Origin: Schmidtea nova | Taxonomy: Eukaryota | Assembly (NCBI GenBank): GCA_044892505.1 | Contig: CM097882.1 | Span: forward strand, 133,486,001 to 133,539,864 | Direction of reading: 5' to 3' | Length of the DNA: 53,864 nt | Shown: positions 9,482-21,272 of the stretch, piece after piece | How positions within the stretch are numbered: position 1 is the stretch's first letter | How the letters are laid out: each line of letters begins with the position of its first letter | Translations under genes and position numbers: made by a program | Notes under the pieces: model-generated | Told to the model about the DNA's origin: nothing | Database searches by the model: none | What the model saw: only the letters and a program-made list of their open reading frames with translations

Positions 9482-10474
9482 ATTTTTATATGATTTTACC
9501 AAGTAATAGTTGCCCATTAATTCATCTAGATAATCAAGCCAGTAAATTCATGATCAATTTACAAAATCCAATTTATTTACGTGGTAATTGGGAAGTTGCA
9601 TTGCAAGATTTCACATTTGTATATAACAAATTTCCTTATTACAGCCAATGCAAAATTTACTACACGACAGTTACAACTGAAACTGTAAATGACTACTTTA
9701 AAGTTCAAACTAATTATGAAGATACTCAATATTTGAATGATAAAGTTGAATTACATCTAGATAAAATATATTTACATATAAATTGTTATATAACACCATT
9801 TTATTTTAAGTTTGAAAATATAGAAGATGCGAATAAATTATGGGTTTAATGAATTAAAAATCATTAGCAACAATTCAACTTATAAAATGCTTATTCCTTC
9901 TGATTATTCATCAGAGAAAATGCATATATCAATAAGTTATGATTTAGAAACAGATTTACTTTATGAATTCCAAGATGAAATATACATGACAAAAGTTGAA
10001 GATTTATATAATTATTTGACATTTTTCTGTTCTCATATATTTAAAGGTGTTGAAATTATTGACAATGTATTCAAATTTAAACTGAAAGATGAAGTTAAAG
10101 AAGTTATATTTGATCAAAAACTAATCAATACACTTGGATTAAAATATGAAAAATATCAAGATAGAGAAGTTAAAGGAATTCGCAAAGCCAAATTATTTAA
10201 TCATCATCAACAAATGTTCATTTACAGTAACATTATTGAACCAATTATTGTCGGTGATTCTCTAGTTCCTTTACTGAAATCAGTTTGGATTAATAAATAT
10301 GAACAAGATGAAGTAGTACAAATTGTTGTTGATAATCCCATGTATTTATCGCTTTCTACTTCATGTATAAACAACATTGAGATTAATATTCGTGACGATA
10401 GTGGAAAGCTTATCAACTTTTCAAAAGATTCAAAAACACATTTGACATTACATTTTCGTAAATTAGATGATTAA
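9478..10474 (+). CDS. mCP: Minor capsid protein (penton, single jelly-roll), encoded in two frames with the break at ~9824-9849
   Basis: N-terminal MNFYMILPSNS...WEVAL in frame 1 (ATG 9478); C-terminal MFIYSNII..VGDSLVPLL..INNIEINIRD..LTLHFRK in frame 2. Confidence 0.8.
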
Positions 10475-10859
10475 TCCGGACATAATTTCACTGTACAGTA
10501 ACGGACAAACTGGTGGGGAAATACCATATTTTGTTGGGAAACAGTATGGATCTGGTTGGTTAAGGACTATTGGGCGATTTACACTCCCAATTCTCAATCG
10601 TATTGGAAGCTTTGGTTTAAAAACGGCTAAAGATGTTATCATGAATGATCAAAAAATATTACCTTCATTAAAAACAAATGCTTTATCTGAAATTGGAAAA
10701 GCATTACCAAGTGTTGCAAATATGATACCGGGGGTTTCAAAAATGTTTAATAAAAATGAACCAGAACCGGAATCGGAAGCACCAGAAACTAAACGTAAAA
10801 AACATAGAAGGTATATAAACAATCGAATGAAAGGACGTGGAACTATATTTGAAATATGA
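10467..10859 (+). CDS. Small Polinton protein with QxG motifs upstream of MCP (putative core protein), 130 aa
   Basis: GQTGG..YFVGKQYGSG..R..LPIL pattern; start and stop overlap neighbours (ATGA). Confidence 0.75.
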   Translation: MINPDIISLYSNGQTGGEIPYFVGKQYGSGWLRTIGRFTLPILNRIGSFGLKTAKDVIMNDQKILPSLKTNALSEIGKALPSVANMIPGVSKMFNKNEPEPESEAPETKRKKHRRYINNRMKGRGTIFEI

Positions 10860-12076
10860 TTTGTGGTAAATCTGAATTATGTCTTTTTGATCGGCCTTCA
10901 CCTCAAGCGGTTATTGAATATGGGGCCTTTGAAGAAGTATTTCCAATGAATTCAATCACTGATAGTAGGAATGACGTTGAATTTTACATTAATGGTTCAC
11001 AAACTGAATATTTGGATTTGAATGATACTTTATTATCTGTTCAAGTGAAAGTTGTTAGTAGTGACTTTAAAGATTTAACTGTTAATGATGACGTAATACC
11101 TAATAATTTTTTGTTTCACACTCTTTTTAAAGACGCGATTCTTGAATTTAATAATATCAAGATTGAAGGAGGAAATAATACATATGCACACAAGGCAATA
11201 ATTGAAACTATTTTAAATTATAATAGTGATACTAAATTCACATGTCTTACTCCAATGGGATATGGAACTTCTGAAGAGAGAAAATCTTGGATTAAAAGCT
11301 CAAAACCTTTCACAATGTGTTCATCATTACAACTAGATTTTATGGATCAACCGAAATATTTACTCCCTGGTGTCAATGTCCACATTAGATTGAAAAGATC
11401 TGATTCATCATTATCATTATTTTCTAAAATTGGATCACCAAGATGTCAATTAATAGATGCAAAATTAATGATTCGTAGAGTTCGTGTTGAAGCATCGGTA
11501 TTAGCTGGTCATCAAATCGGTCTTAACACGAAACATGCAATTTATCCTATGAAAACTAAAGAAATTGTTCATTTTGCCATTGGTCAAGGAGCATCATCAT
11601 TTTACAAAGAACAAATTTTTGGAGATAGGAGAATGCCAAATTTCATTCTTGTAACTTTTCAAAGTGAAACTCAATACAATGGTTCATATACAGCTTCATG
11701 TTCAAAATTTAAACATTTTAATGTTACTTCATTATCTTTATCGAAAAATACTGATTTTAGAGAAACATATACTCAAGATTTTGAAAATAATAATTTCTGT
11801 ACTACATATATGCAAAGTATAATAAGGAATATGGGATATTTAGACCGAAACTTGAATTGTGGTATATCTCTTGAAGACTTTAAATCAAAATATCCATTCT
11901 TTACATTCGTTTTGGCACCAGATTTCGATTTGAATCAGAGTCAATTACCACAAAACGGTAATTTGCGATTAGATATAAAGTTTTCTAAACCTGTTGAAGA
12001 ACCTGTACATGTAATAATATATGGAGTTTTTGAAAACGAAATACAAATAACTGCTAATCGAACTGTATTAGTTTGA
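10856..12076 (+). CDS. MCP: Major capsid protein (double jelly-roll), 406 aa
   Basis: CGKSELCLF..PQAVIE, VEFYI.G..EYLDLNDTLL, GNLRLDIKFSKP, VIIYGVFEN are Polinton MCP hallmarks. Confidence 0.92.
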   Translation: MICGKSELCLFDRPSPQAVIEYGAFEEVFPMNSITDSRNDVEFYINGSQTEYLDLNDTLLSVQVKVVSSDFKDLTVNDDVIPNNFLFHTLFKDAILEFNNIKIEGGNNTYAHKAIIETILNYNSDTKFTCLTPMGYGTSEERKSWIKSSKPFTMCSSLQLDFMDQPKYLLPGVNVHIRLKRSDSSLSLFSKIGSPRCQLIDAKLMIRRVRVEASVLAGHQIGLNTKHAIYPMKTKEIVHFAIGQGASSFYKEQIFGDRRMPNFILVTFQSETQYNGSYTASCSKFKHFNVTSLSLSKNTDFRETYTQDFENNNFCTTYMQSIIRNMGYLDRNLNCGISLEDFKSKYPFFTFVLAPDFDLNQSQLPQNGNLRLDIKFSKPVEEPVHVIIYGVFENEIQITANRTVLV

Positions 12077-12120
12077 GCAAATATTACTATAAATATAGGG
12101 AATAAGTAAACAAATTTGAT

Positions 12121-12514
12121 ATGAAGTAAGTTTTTATTTACAATTTAATTTAATTTAATTAGTTCTATTCAGGTTAATCGAATTGGAAAACAATTATTAG
12201 GAAATGAGTTTGTTGGTGTATTCCCATTAGACAAAATTCCTTATTTAGATATCAATCAAGCTATAGTTGTCAATACTCAATCATCAACTCTTGGTGGGGA
12301 ACATTGGATTGCTGTCTATGTAAAACCGAACAAGATACACGTTTTTGAACCAATGGGATTTTATTATCCAGCTCTATTAGTTAGTAAACTGCAAACAATA
12401 GGTAAACCAATTGTGTATAATAAACATCGGTATCAAAATCCATTGACATCAACTTGTGGTCAACATTGTCTTGTTTGGTTAAATTATATGTATAAACGAA
12501 TTGATTTTAAATAA
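12121..12514 (+). CDS. PRO: Adenain/Ulp1-like cysteine protease, 118 aa; exons 12121-12125 and 12163-12514 (37-bp intron); absent from the ORF track
   Basis: ATGAA|gtaagt...aattag|TTCTATTCAG gives MNSIQVNRIG..FVGVFPLD; catalytic GEHW, FEPMG, YQN, TCGQHC. Confidence 0.88.
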
Positions 12515-12528
12515 ATGTATTAGTAAAA

Positions 12529-12936
12529 ATGTCTTGTTATTTTATTGATATTAGTATTTTTAAAAATGAATTTGGTGGATTTGTTATTAAGGAATTATGT
12601 ATGATAAATACTAATAATGTTTTAAGACCATTACATTGGGTGTTTTCAGCAAATGAATATCATGATGATCAACTACATAACGGTCAAAATTACTTTTGTC
12701 CAACGTGTATATTAAGTCCTATTGGTTCTGATCGTAAAAATGCAATATTTTATGTCACTGATGACAGAAAGGAAGAGATGTTAAAATTTTATTTTCCTTC
12801 TTTAAGAATTGTAAGATATTCAATGAAAGAACATCAGAAATTTCCAAGCAATATATCGTGTCCATATTATGATCATGATGATGATTGTGCATATAAAAAT
12901 TGTTTACTTGGTGTGTTGGATTATTTGAAATATTAA
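12529..12936 (+). CDS. DEDD-fold/Maelstrom-like protein with putative Zn-binding E..C-H-C motif, 135 aa
   Basis: YFIDIS..FVIKELCMI, IFYVTDDRKEEML, CPYYDHDDDCAYKN; pattern-level recognition only. Confidence 0.55.
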   Translation: MSCYFIDISIFKNEFGGFVIKELCMINTNNVLRPLHWVFSANEYHDDQLHNGQNYFCPTCILSPIGSDRKNAIFYVTDDRKEEMLKFYFPSLRIVRYSMKEHQKFPSNISCPYYDHDDDCAYKNCLLGVLDYLKY

Positions 12937-13088
12937 ATAAATGTATTATCCTACTTGTGTGTATCTTTTTATTCATTTTTGATTGGTTATTTATAGTAAT
13001 TGTGTGTTTTTTTTTTATAAATATATACAGATATACTTTGAATTTTGAAAACACTTTTACAATCACCCAACTTGAAGATATTTTGAAA

Positions 13089-16000
13089 ATGGTAAGATTT
13101 TAATTTTAATTATAATTATTTATCATTATTTATTTAGAATACTAATAACAGTAACAACAAAATGAATATCAATAAAAGAAGCATCAACTCTAACTTTGTA
13201 AGAATTTAAATATTTAATTAATTATTATTATTGGTTTTTTAGAGTATAAAATCAATTTTGAATGAAACAACAGCTTCAACAACTGCTCTGAATAATAACT
13301 TTGTAAGAATTTTAATATTTAATTATTCATTATTTTTGGTTTTTTAGAGTATGAAATCAATTTTGAATGAAACAATTGCTTCAACAACTTCTATGAATAA
13401 TAACTTTGTAAGATTTTAATATTAATTAAATTTTTATTAATTATTTTAATTTAGAATATGCATTCAAAAATACAGAATAATGAAAAAATACCGATGACAA
13501 ATAATTCAATGGATCTTAAAACGATAAAGAAAACTAATGCCAAAATTGTAAATAAAAAAATCAAATGTAAGTATTATTTAGTATTATTATTTTTAAGTAT
13601 TATTTCTTTTTTGAATATTAAGTTATAAACTTAAATTATATTTATTAATAAGATAATAAACATTATGATAATAAATAGTGTATATAATATGTTTTAAAAT
13701 AAATTATATACACACTAATTATTTTCATAATCATTTTATTACAAATTTAGTATTAATAATAACCTTTTTGTTGTGAAAGGTTAAAAAATGTATAATTTAA
13801 GTTATTACCTAATAAATTTATTAACCTTTAACATAAAATCTTAATTATGTAATAAATCAAATTAATGTTAAAATTTTAAATAATATTTTATATTTACATA
13901 GGCCCACTCTATCAGAATTATTGTAATTCGTCATTGAATCACAGTAATGATTGTCATGAACTTATGACGAGATATTATCGTCAAAAGTTCAATGGTTTTG
14001 ACTTTTTTATATGTCCCGTTTGCAAAACGTATACTACCCAAAATTACTCTGTCTTTTATCTTGATCATAAGGATCATCTTACTCAATTTAATTCAAATAA
14101 ATTAGAGTTTCTGAAATCTATTTATAAGAAATCATCTACCTTCTCTATTGTTAATAAAAAACGACCTGCTGATGTTAGGGAAAATATAAATATTTGTAAA
14201 ATTCCTAGGCATGAAATAATAATATTAAGTGACGATGAAGATTATAATAATCAAATAGGAGGATCTATAGATATAAGTAAGGAACCTCTTGTAGAATCAG
14301 ATTTAAAAGGATCTCGTCGAGCATTAAAATTTGATATTAATGAATATAATGTTAACCAAATATTGTTAACTGATAGGATCATCGCAAGACTAAATAATGA
14401 AATTATTAAAATGGGTAGTGTTAAGGTCCAATTTGCTATTAATATTCTTTTTGAAAAGGATGGAGCTTCGAAAGATGAATTTTTATCTAATAACGCTGAA
14501 GTTTTCTCTGAAAATTTTCTAAGTGAGGGGGTTAGAAAATTAAATGAAAAAATTGAAAGATTCTCGCAATTAGGTAGTGGTTGGACAATTAATAGAATTA
14601 GGGAAATTCATTTTATTATTACTAAATTTTCTCTTATAAATAGATTATCTGGACATGGTGATGTTAAAACACCTGTTGCTTTGAAAGGAAAAAGAGCTAT
14701 AATTAATGTAAAAAACACAGATGAATCATGCTTTATATATAGTATTTTAGCATTACAAAAATATGATCAAATAAGTATTAACCGCACAAGATCTCAAAGT
14801 TATAGTAGTTTCTTGAAAGAATTAAATTTTGATAGAATAGTTGATTGTCCCATGAAACTCTGCAATATAACTCGATTTGAGAAAAATAATCCAGGTTTAG
14901 CGATTAATGTCTTATCTTATAACCCTACAGTAATTAATAATGACCTTGACGAAAATGATGACTTTGTTCCTCATCATCCACATTTAGATATTGTTCGTCG
15001 TACTTCAGTAACTGGTGTAACACCTTTATATTTATTATTAATCGAGGATAATGGAAATTATCATTATACCGCTGTAATTAATTTGCAGCATTTAATGAAT
15101 TCTCATAGTAATGACATTGTAAATGTAAGAATTAGGTGTAATTGGTGTCCGATTTGCTTAAATGGTTTCCGTCTTCAAGATGCATTTGACCGACATTATA
15201 GTTTATGCATTAAAAATCAAGTAGGTACCACACTTTATAGTTTACCGACTAACAAGTATTTAGACTTTACTGATTACTCTAAAACTGTAACACCTCCTTT
15301 CGTTATTTACGCAGACTTTGAGTCTATTTTACCTGAGGATATAAGATACCACCAAAAACATTTACCTATATCAGCAGGGTTGTTATTAATTAATAATTTT
15401 ACTAATACTAAATCTTATTATAGTTTTATTGGCTTAAAATGTGTTCGTAAGTTTTTGAAAAAGGTTGACGAAATTGCTAAAACTATAGTACTCCCATATT
15501 ATGATATTTACGGTAATGTTCCAATTAATACTTTATCTTTTACTGAGGAAAGAGATTTTCGGTCTTGTTCACACTGTTATCTTTGTAAAAAACTAATTAG
15601 AAATCGTGTAAGAGATCACGATCACTTCTCTGGTCGATATCTTGGTGCTGCTTGTAGTCTTTGTAATATTGCTAGGAGAAATCGAAAACACTTACCAGTA
15701 GTATTTCATAACTTACGTGGGTATGATATGCATCACATTTTGAAATATGGCCTTAAAAAATTTACTTCTTGGGAGTTGAACATCATTCCAACTACTACAG
15801 AGAAATTTATTTCTTTAATTGCTCATATTGATAAACTGTCTGTTCGTTTTATTGATAGTTATCAGTTCATTAATGCCTCATTAGCAAAAGCGGTTCAAAC
15901 TGTTTCAACTTTTCCATTAACTGCTTCTGAGTTTAATGGAACAATAATGGACTGCAAGGGTATTTTTCCTTTTAACTTTGCGACAAGTTTAGAAATTCTT

Positions 16001-17647
16001 GAAACGACTATGGAATTACCCCCTATCTGGGATAAAGTGTCTGAGACTGAATACTTGAGAGCTCAACAAATTTGGAGTGAAAATAATTGTAACACTTTGT
16101 TAGATTATATGATGGTATACTTGAAATTAGACGTTTTCCTTCTTGCTGATTACTTTCAACAATTTCGCGCGAAGTCTATTGCTCACAATAGATTAGATCC
16201 CTTGAACTTTTATGGAATTCCAGGAATGTCATGGGCTTCAGCATTGATGACATTGAAGGAACCGATTGAACTTCTTCAAGACATGGAAATGTACAATTTC
16301 TATGAAGGAGGAATACGGGGTGGGTTAACTTTTGTTAATAAGCACTATGCTGTTACTGATGAAAATACAGAATTGTTATATATAGATATTAACAATCTGT
16401 ATGGTTGGGCTCTTAGCCAAAGTCTTCCTTTTGGTGATTTTAGTTGGGTTCTTGAAAATCTTGACTCTGTCTTGTTTGAATGTATAAATTCAGATATTGA
16501 AAATCTTCCATATGGTTACACATTGGAAGTTGATATTGATATTCCTGAAAATTTACACGAATTTTTGGATAATTTCCCGGTGGCACCTGAAAAGAAACTC
16601 CCTCCAGGTTCCAAAGTAGAGAAGTTGATGCTTACGCATCATCCCAAGAGGAACTATGTTATTCATTGGAGACTTTTGAAAATGTTTGTTTTGCTTGGTG
16701 TTAAGGTTGTTAAGATTCATAGAGCTATTAGATTCAAACAGTCTGCTATATTTAAAGAATATATAGATATAAATACTTTTTTAAGAGCAAATTCGACTAA
16801 TGAACTGGATAAAAACTACTTTAAGTTACTTAACAATAGCTTATATGGTAAAACTGTAGAGAATCTGAAAAAGCGGATGAATTTGCGATTGTGTAATTCA
16901 TCTGAAAAGATGATTATATATTCTTCTAAACCATCTTTCAAAAAGTCTATAAAAATTGATGATAATTTGATTGCAGCTCATTTGAATAAGGATTTGATAT
17001 GTTTAGATAGACCTAGTTATATCGGTCAAACGGTTCTAGATCTATCTAAATTAAGAATGTATCAACTACAGTATCTTGAATTACAGAAATATAGGGAACT
17101 TTTTAATTGTAAGATTGACATTGTTGCTGGCGACACTGACTCTTTCTTCCTTGAAATTACTAATTGTAAATTAACTAAACTTTTACCTGCGATGATATCG
17201 GATAATCTTTTGGACACATCAAATTACGATCCTAATCATCCTATGTACAGTAGAAATCTTGATTCTGTAATCGGTAAATTTAAAGATGAGAGTAAAGGAC
17301 TTGGATATAAGGAATGGGTTTTCTTACGACCGAAATGCTATAGTCTTTTAGGTGAAGCTGAAACCAATAAAGCGAAGGGAGTTGATTTGGAAGGAACTGA
17401 GATAAAACATCTTTCTTATCTTGAGTGTTATAATAATAATCAAGTCTTTTCTGTTCCTCAAACTCGGATAGGGACGCGAAATCATCAATTGTATACTTTT
17501 AAGAATACTAAAATTGCTTTAAGTAACAACGATGATAAGCGTCAGTGGATGGGGAAAAATACTAGTTTTGCATTCGGGCATTATTTAGGAGTCAATTCAT
17601 TGAACGACGGAGAAGATGAATTCCTGATGTCTATATTTCCAGATTGA
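13089..17647 (+). CDS. pPolB: Protein-primed family B DNA polymerase, predicted 1346 aa from 6 exons: 13089-13091, 13138-13197, 13243-13302, 13348-13407, 13455-13566, 13902-17647
   Basis: ExoI YADFES, ExoII FHNLRGYD, ExoIII YLKLDV, Pol A YIDINNLY, Pol B KLLNNSLYGK, Pol C GDTDS, KCY; all five GT-AG introns join in frame; the track start at 13934 is an internal TTG. Confidence 0.93.
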
Positions 17648-17657
17648 AGAAAGAATA

Positions 17658-19512
17658 ATTTTGATTTTAATAAATTTTGTTATTTGAAAATGTCTTTTTT
17701 TTTTATTTTGTGTCNNNNNNNNNNNNNNNNNNNNNNNNNNNNNNNNNNNNNNNNNNNNNNNNNNNNNNNNNNNNNNNNNNNNNNNNNNNNNNNNNNNNNN
17801 NNNNNNNNNNNNNNNNNNNNNNNNNNNNNNNNNNNNNNNNNNNNNNNNNNNNNNNNNNNNNNNNNNNNNNNNNNNNNNNNNNNNNNNNNNNNNNNNNNNN
17901 NNNNNNNNNNNAGAACGCGCGTTTCACGCGCGTTCAATGCGTACTGTGATTTGTCTTATACAACAAGGAAGAAGAACGCGCGTTTCACGCGCGTTCAANN
18001 NNNNNNNNNNNNNNNNNNNNNNNNNNNNNNNNNNNNNNNNNNNNNNNNNNNNNNNNNNNNNNNNNNNNNNNNNNNNNNNNNNNNNNNNNNNNNNNNNNNN
18101 NNNNNNNNNNNNNNNNNNNNNNNNNNNNNNNNNNNNNNNNNNNNNNNNNNNNNNNNNNNNNNNNNNNNNAGAAAAATCAAATATATGTTAAAATTTTGTT
18201 TATTAAAAGTGTGGAATGTAGCTTAGTTGGAAAGGCTATGGATTTCTAATTGTGAGACCCCAGTTTTAACTCTCAAGGTTGAATAATTTTTTCTTTGGCC
18301 GTTTTTATGAAAATTTTGTTAAGGAATCGGATTCAGCGTATTGAATTTGATATAAATAGAAATTTTGGTTAAAATCTCACAAGTATTAGTTGAGAAAATC
18401 AATTAAAATTTTTTTATATGTGAGAGGCCCAGGTTCAACTCCCACTTTGGACTAATTTTTTTTTCTATTTTTTGTAACAAATTCGGATTCAGCATATTGA
18501 ATTTGATATAAATAGAAATTTTGGTTCAAATCTGACAAGTATTAGTCGAGAAAAATCATTTAAAATTTTTTTATATGTGAGAGGCCCAGGTTCAACTCTC
18601 ACTTTGGACTAATTTTTTTCCCTATTTTTTGTAACAAATTCGGATTCAGCATATTGAATTTGATATGTATACAAGTTTTCATAAAAATCGGACCATAATT
18701 GACTAATATAGAAATAAAGATAAAGTAATTAAAAAATAAATTTGATTAATTTAAATAAAATTATCAAATACTACTGATAAAGTAGTTAGTAAACAGATTG
18801 TATAAATTTGTATATTTTTATATAAAGACCATTCCGGATTATTTTTTTACCATTAAGATAGTTGATTACATATTTTCTAAATAATGGCATGAATTAAGAA
18901 TAAAAATATATGTTATATCTTTAAACTTTTATGGACTTCATGAAAGCATTACGAATCTGAATCCTGATGAGAAATCTTGCATTTATATAACTTGAAAACT
19001 ATATAATTATAATACTAATATAGATTTTCGATAATTTAATGGATCGCAGTTGAGCGCAGCGGAGCGCAGTGGGCGGTTGGCGGTTGGCGGTTGGCGGTTG
19101 GCGGTTGGCGGATGGCGGATGGCGGATGGCGGTTGGTGGTCCGCGGTCGGCGGTGGGCAGTTGGCGGTTGGTTGTTGGTTGTGGGCGGTTGGCGGTTGGC
19201 GGGTAGTGATTACCTGATGGTGTGTTGGTCACTAAGTGTGCCAGTTACTACCCATAAGTGTGCTGGTCAATAAGCATGGCGGGCACACGCGGATGATGCA
19301 ATGGTCAATAAGTGTGCCGGGCACGTGCGGATGATACAAAAAATTCTAAAAGTAGTAGTTGCCATTGGTGTAGTAGTGCCATAAGTGTGTCTTTGCACAA
19401 GTGCGCTGGTCACGTACGAGTTATGTAATGGTCAAGTGTCCGGTGTTATGTAACTTTAAAAAATTTGAGGGGGGGGGGGGTAACTGATCTGACGGGGACA
19501 CATCCTACTACT
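17658..19512 (-). repeat. Right TIR of the Polinton (~1.85 kb, contains two N gaps)
   Basis: Begins ATTTTGATTTTAATAAATTTTG 11 bp after the PolB stop; mirrors 3739-5452. Confidence 0.92.
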
Positions 19513-21272
19513 AAAACACTGATAAAATTTTTTCGAATTTTAAAAAATAATTACAAATCTTTCTTGATACTTACCATGTAATTCGTTCATTAGATATTTA
19601 TATCAATAATTTTCATAATTGTATGTCTAACAATCAAAATTTATTTATTTGGGTTTTATGGTTGTTAAGTACACGATATTTTGGCACTGCATTTATCAAT
19701 TGTGTATTTCCACTTGTGCCGACCAAAAAAACTCCAAAAAAATTTTGATCTATAGTCATACAATTATGAAAATTATTGATATAAATAAAAATAGATCATA
19801 GGTGAAACCAAAAAAAATTATGATATTATAATTAGATCCAAAAAAAATTTATTTATTAATATGCAGAGTATGTTTTATGAAAATTTCTAATCAAGAATCT
19901 CTGCAGTAATTAAAAATCATAATTTTTCAAATTTTCTATCGAAAACTACAAAAGTTTAATAAAACATTCATTTATTTTGAAGTTAAAAAACTTTAATATA
20001 AATTTTTAAGAACAATTATAAATATTTATGAAGATATTTCCGATTTATTGACAATATTAACTATTCTATACAAACCAAGATTATTGGAAAACATTAAAGA
20101 TAATCAATAGGAATTTTGTTAACTTATTCATTACTAAATTTTTTTATATTATTATTTTTTATTATGAAAAAATATTTTATTAGTTTCTGAAAATATTTTT
20201 TAAGAAAAATTGTATTTATTGAATCAAAATCAATTATTAAATTTCAGAAAAATTACCATTAAAAATTACAATTACAAAAGAAAATTACAAAGTCACATTA
20301 GCACATTTGAGAAGATGTGGCTAAATAATGACAAAAAACTCCAATAAATCGCACGTTAGTGTAGCATTGCCTGCAAATTATTAGCGTCAGAGTATAAAAT
20401 TCAATTTTTACAACAAGAAATTAAAACAATTTTTGATACAATTTCTTTTTTACTATGGCAATAAAATAATAGTTTTAAATAATAGATTTAAACTCCCGTA
20501 AAAATGACCAATTTGTTTAATTTAATTATAATGAATTGTTAAATTTAATTTGAAAAAATTATCGACGCAATTTGCAAGGCGATGTCAGCGGTTCATAATA
20601 AATATACAACAAATGACCATTTACTACCAATATCGATCTTTTAATGAGTGATTTTAAAGCAGCAAAGCTTGAAATGAGTTTGGTAGTCAAATTCCATGCA
20701 TGCATGCATGGTATTGCACACCAACAAAACACACCATCAAAGCACACCAAACATATTGCTCACACACCAATACAAGATACAGTTAGAAATTTCTCTCCCA
20801 CGTTAAATAATTGTCTCTTTCTTCTCATTGCGCTTCCGGACTTTTTAAGTTAAAGGTGTGTTAGTTCACAAGGAAGATGAACTACTTACAAGAAAACTAC
20901 TAAAGAAGCCTAAGATGTTTTTAGTAAATTTCAGAACTATTATTGGCTGATTCTCTCAGATGGTGAAAGAAAATTTACAGATCAGTCAATTTTCGTTTTT
21001 GACTACTAACAGCAAGAAATTACGTTCTGATTTCGGTTTCAATTGCTCAGTTGATGGAATATTTAAATATGCTGGAAAATGAGATATAAAATTTAATAAA
21101 CGCAGTTAGCATTCTAGAAATTTTGAAAATTACTCAATTCAACAAAAATAAATGGATCAAATCAATTTTTATCCCTTTTTTTTCTTAATAGTTTTTTCTT
21201 TGAATTTCGTTAAATAATTTCTCAACAACAATAATAACAACAACATCAACAACAAAAATTTAGAAGAAAATT

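Larger units (their letters stand above)
3739..19512. mobile_element. Full-length Polinton/Maverick (endogenous dsDNA virus), ~15.8 kb including N gaps
   Basis: Termini AGTAGTAGGATGTGTCCCCGTCAG / CTGACGGGGACACATCCTACTACT; 6-bp TSD AAAACA at 3733-3738 and 19513-19518; pPolB, INT, ATPase, PRO, MCP and mCP all present. Confidence 0.97.

Noticed and set aside
12126-12172. 47-bp version of the protease intron
   Set aside because: Out of frame with ATG 12121 and gives an early stop
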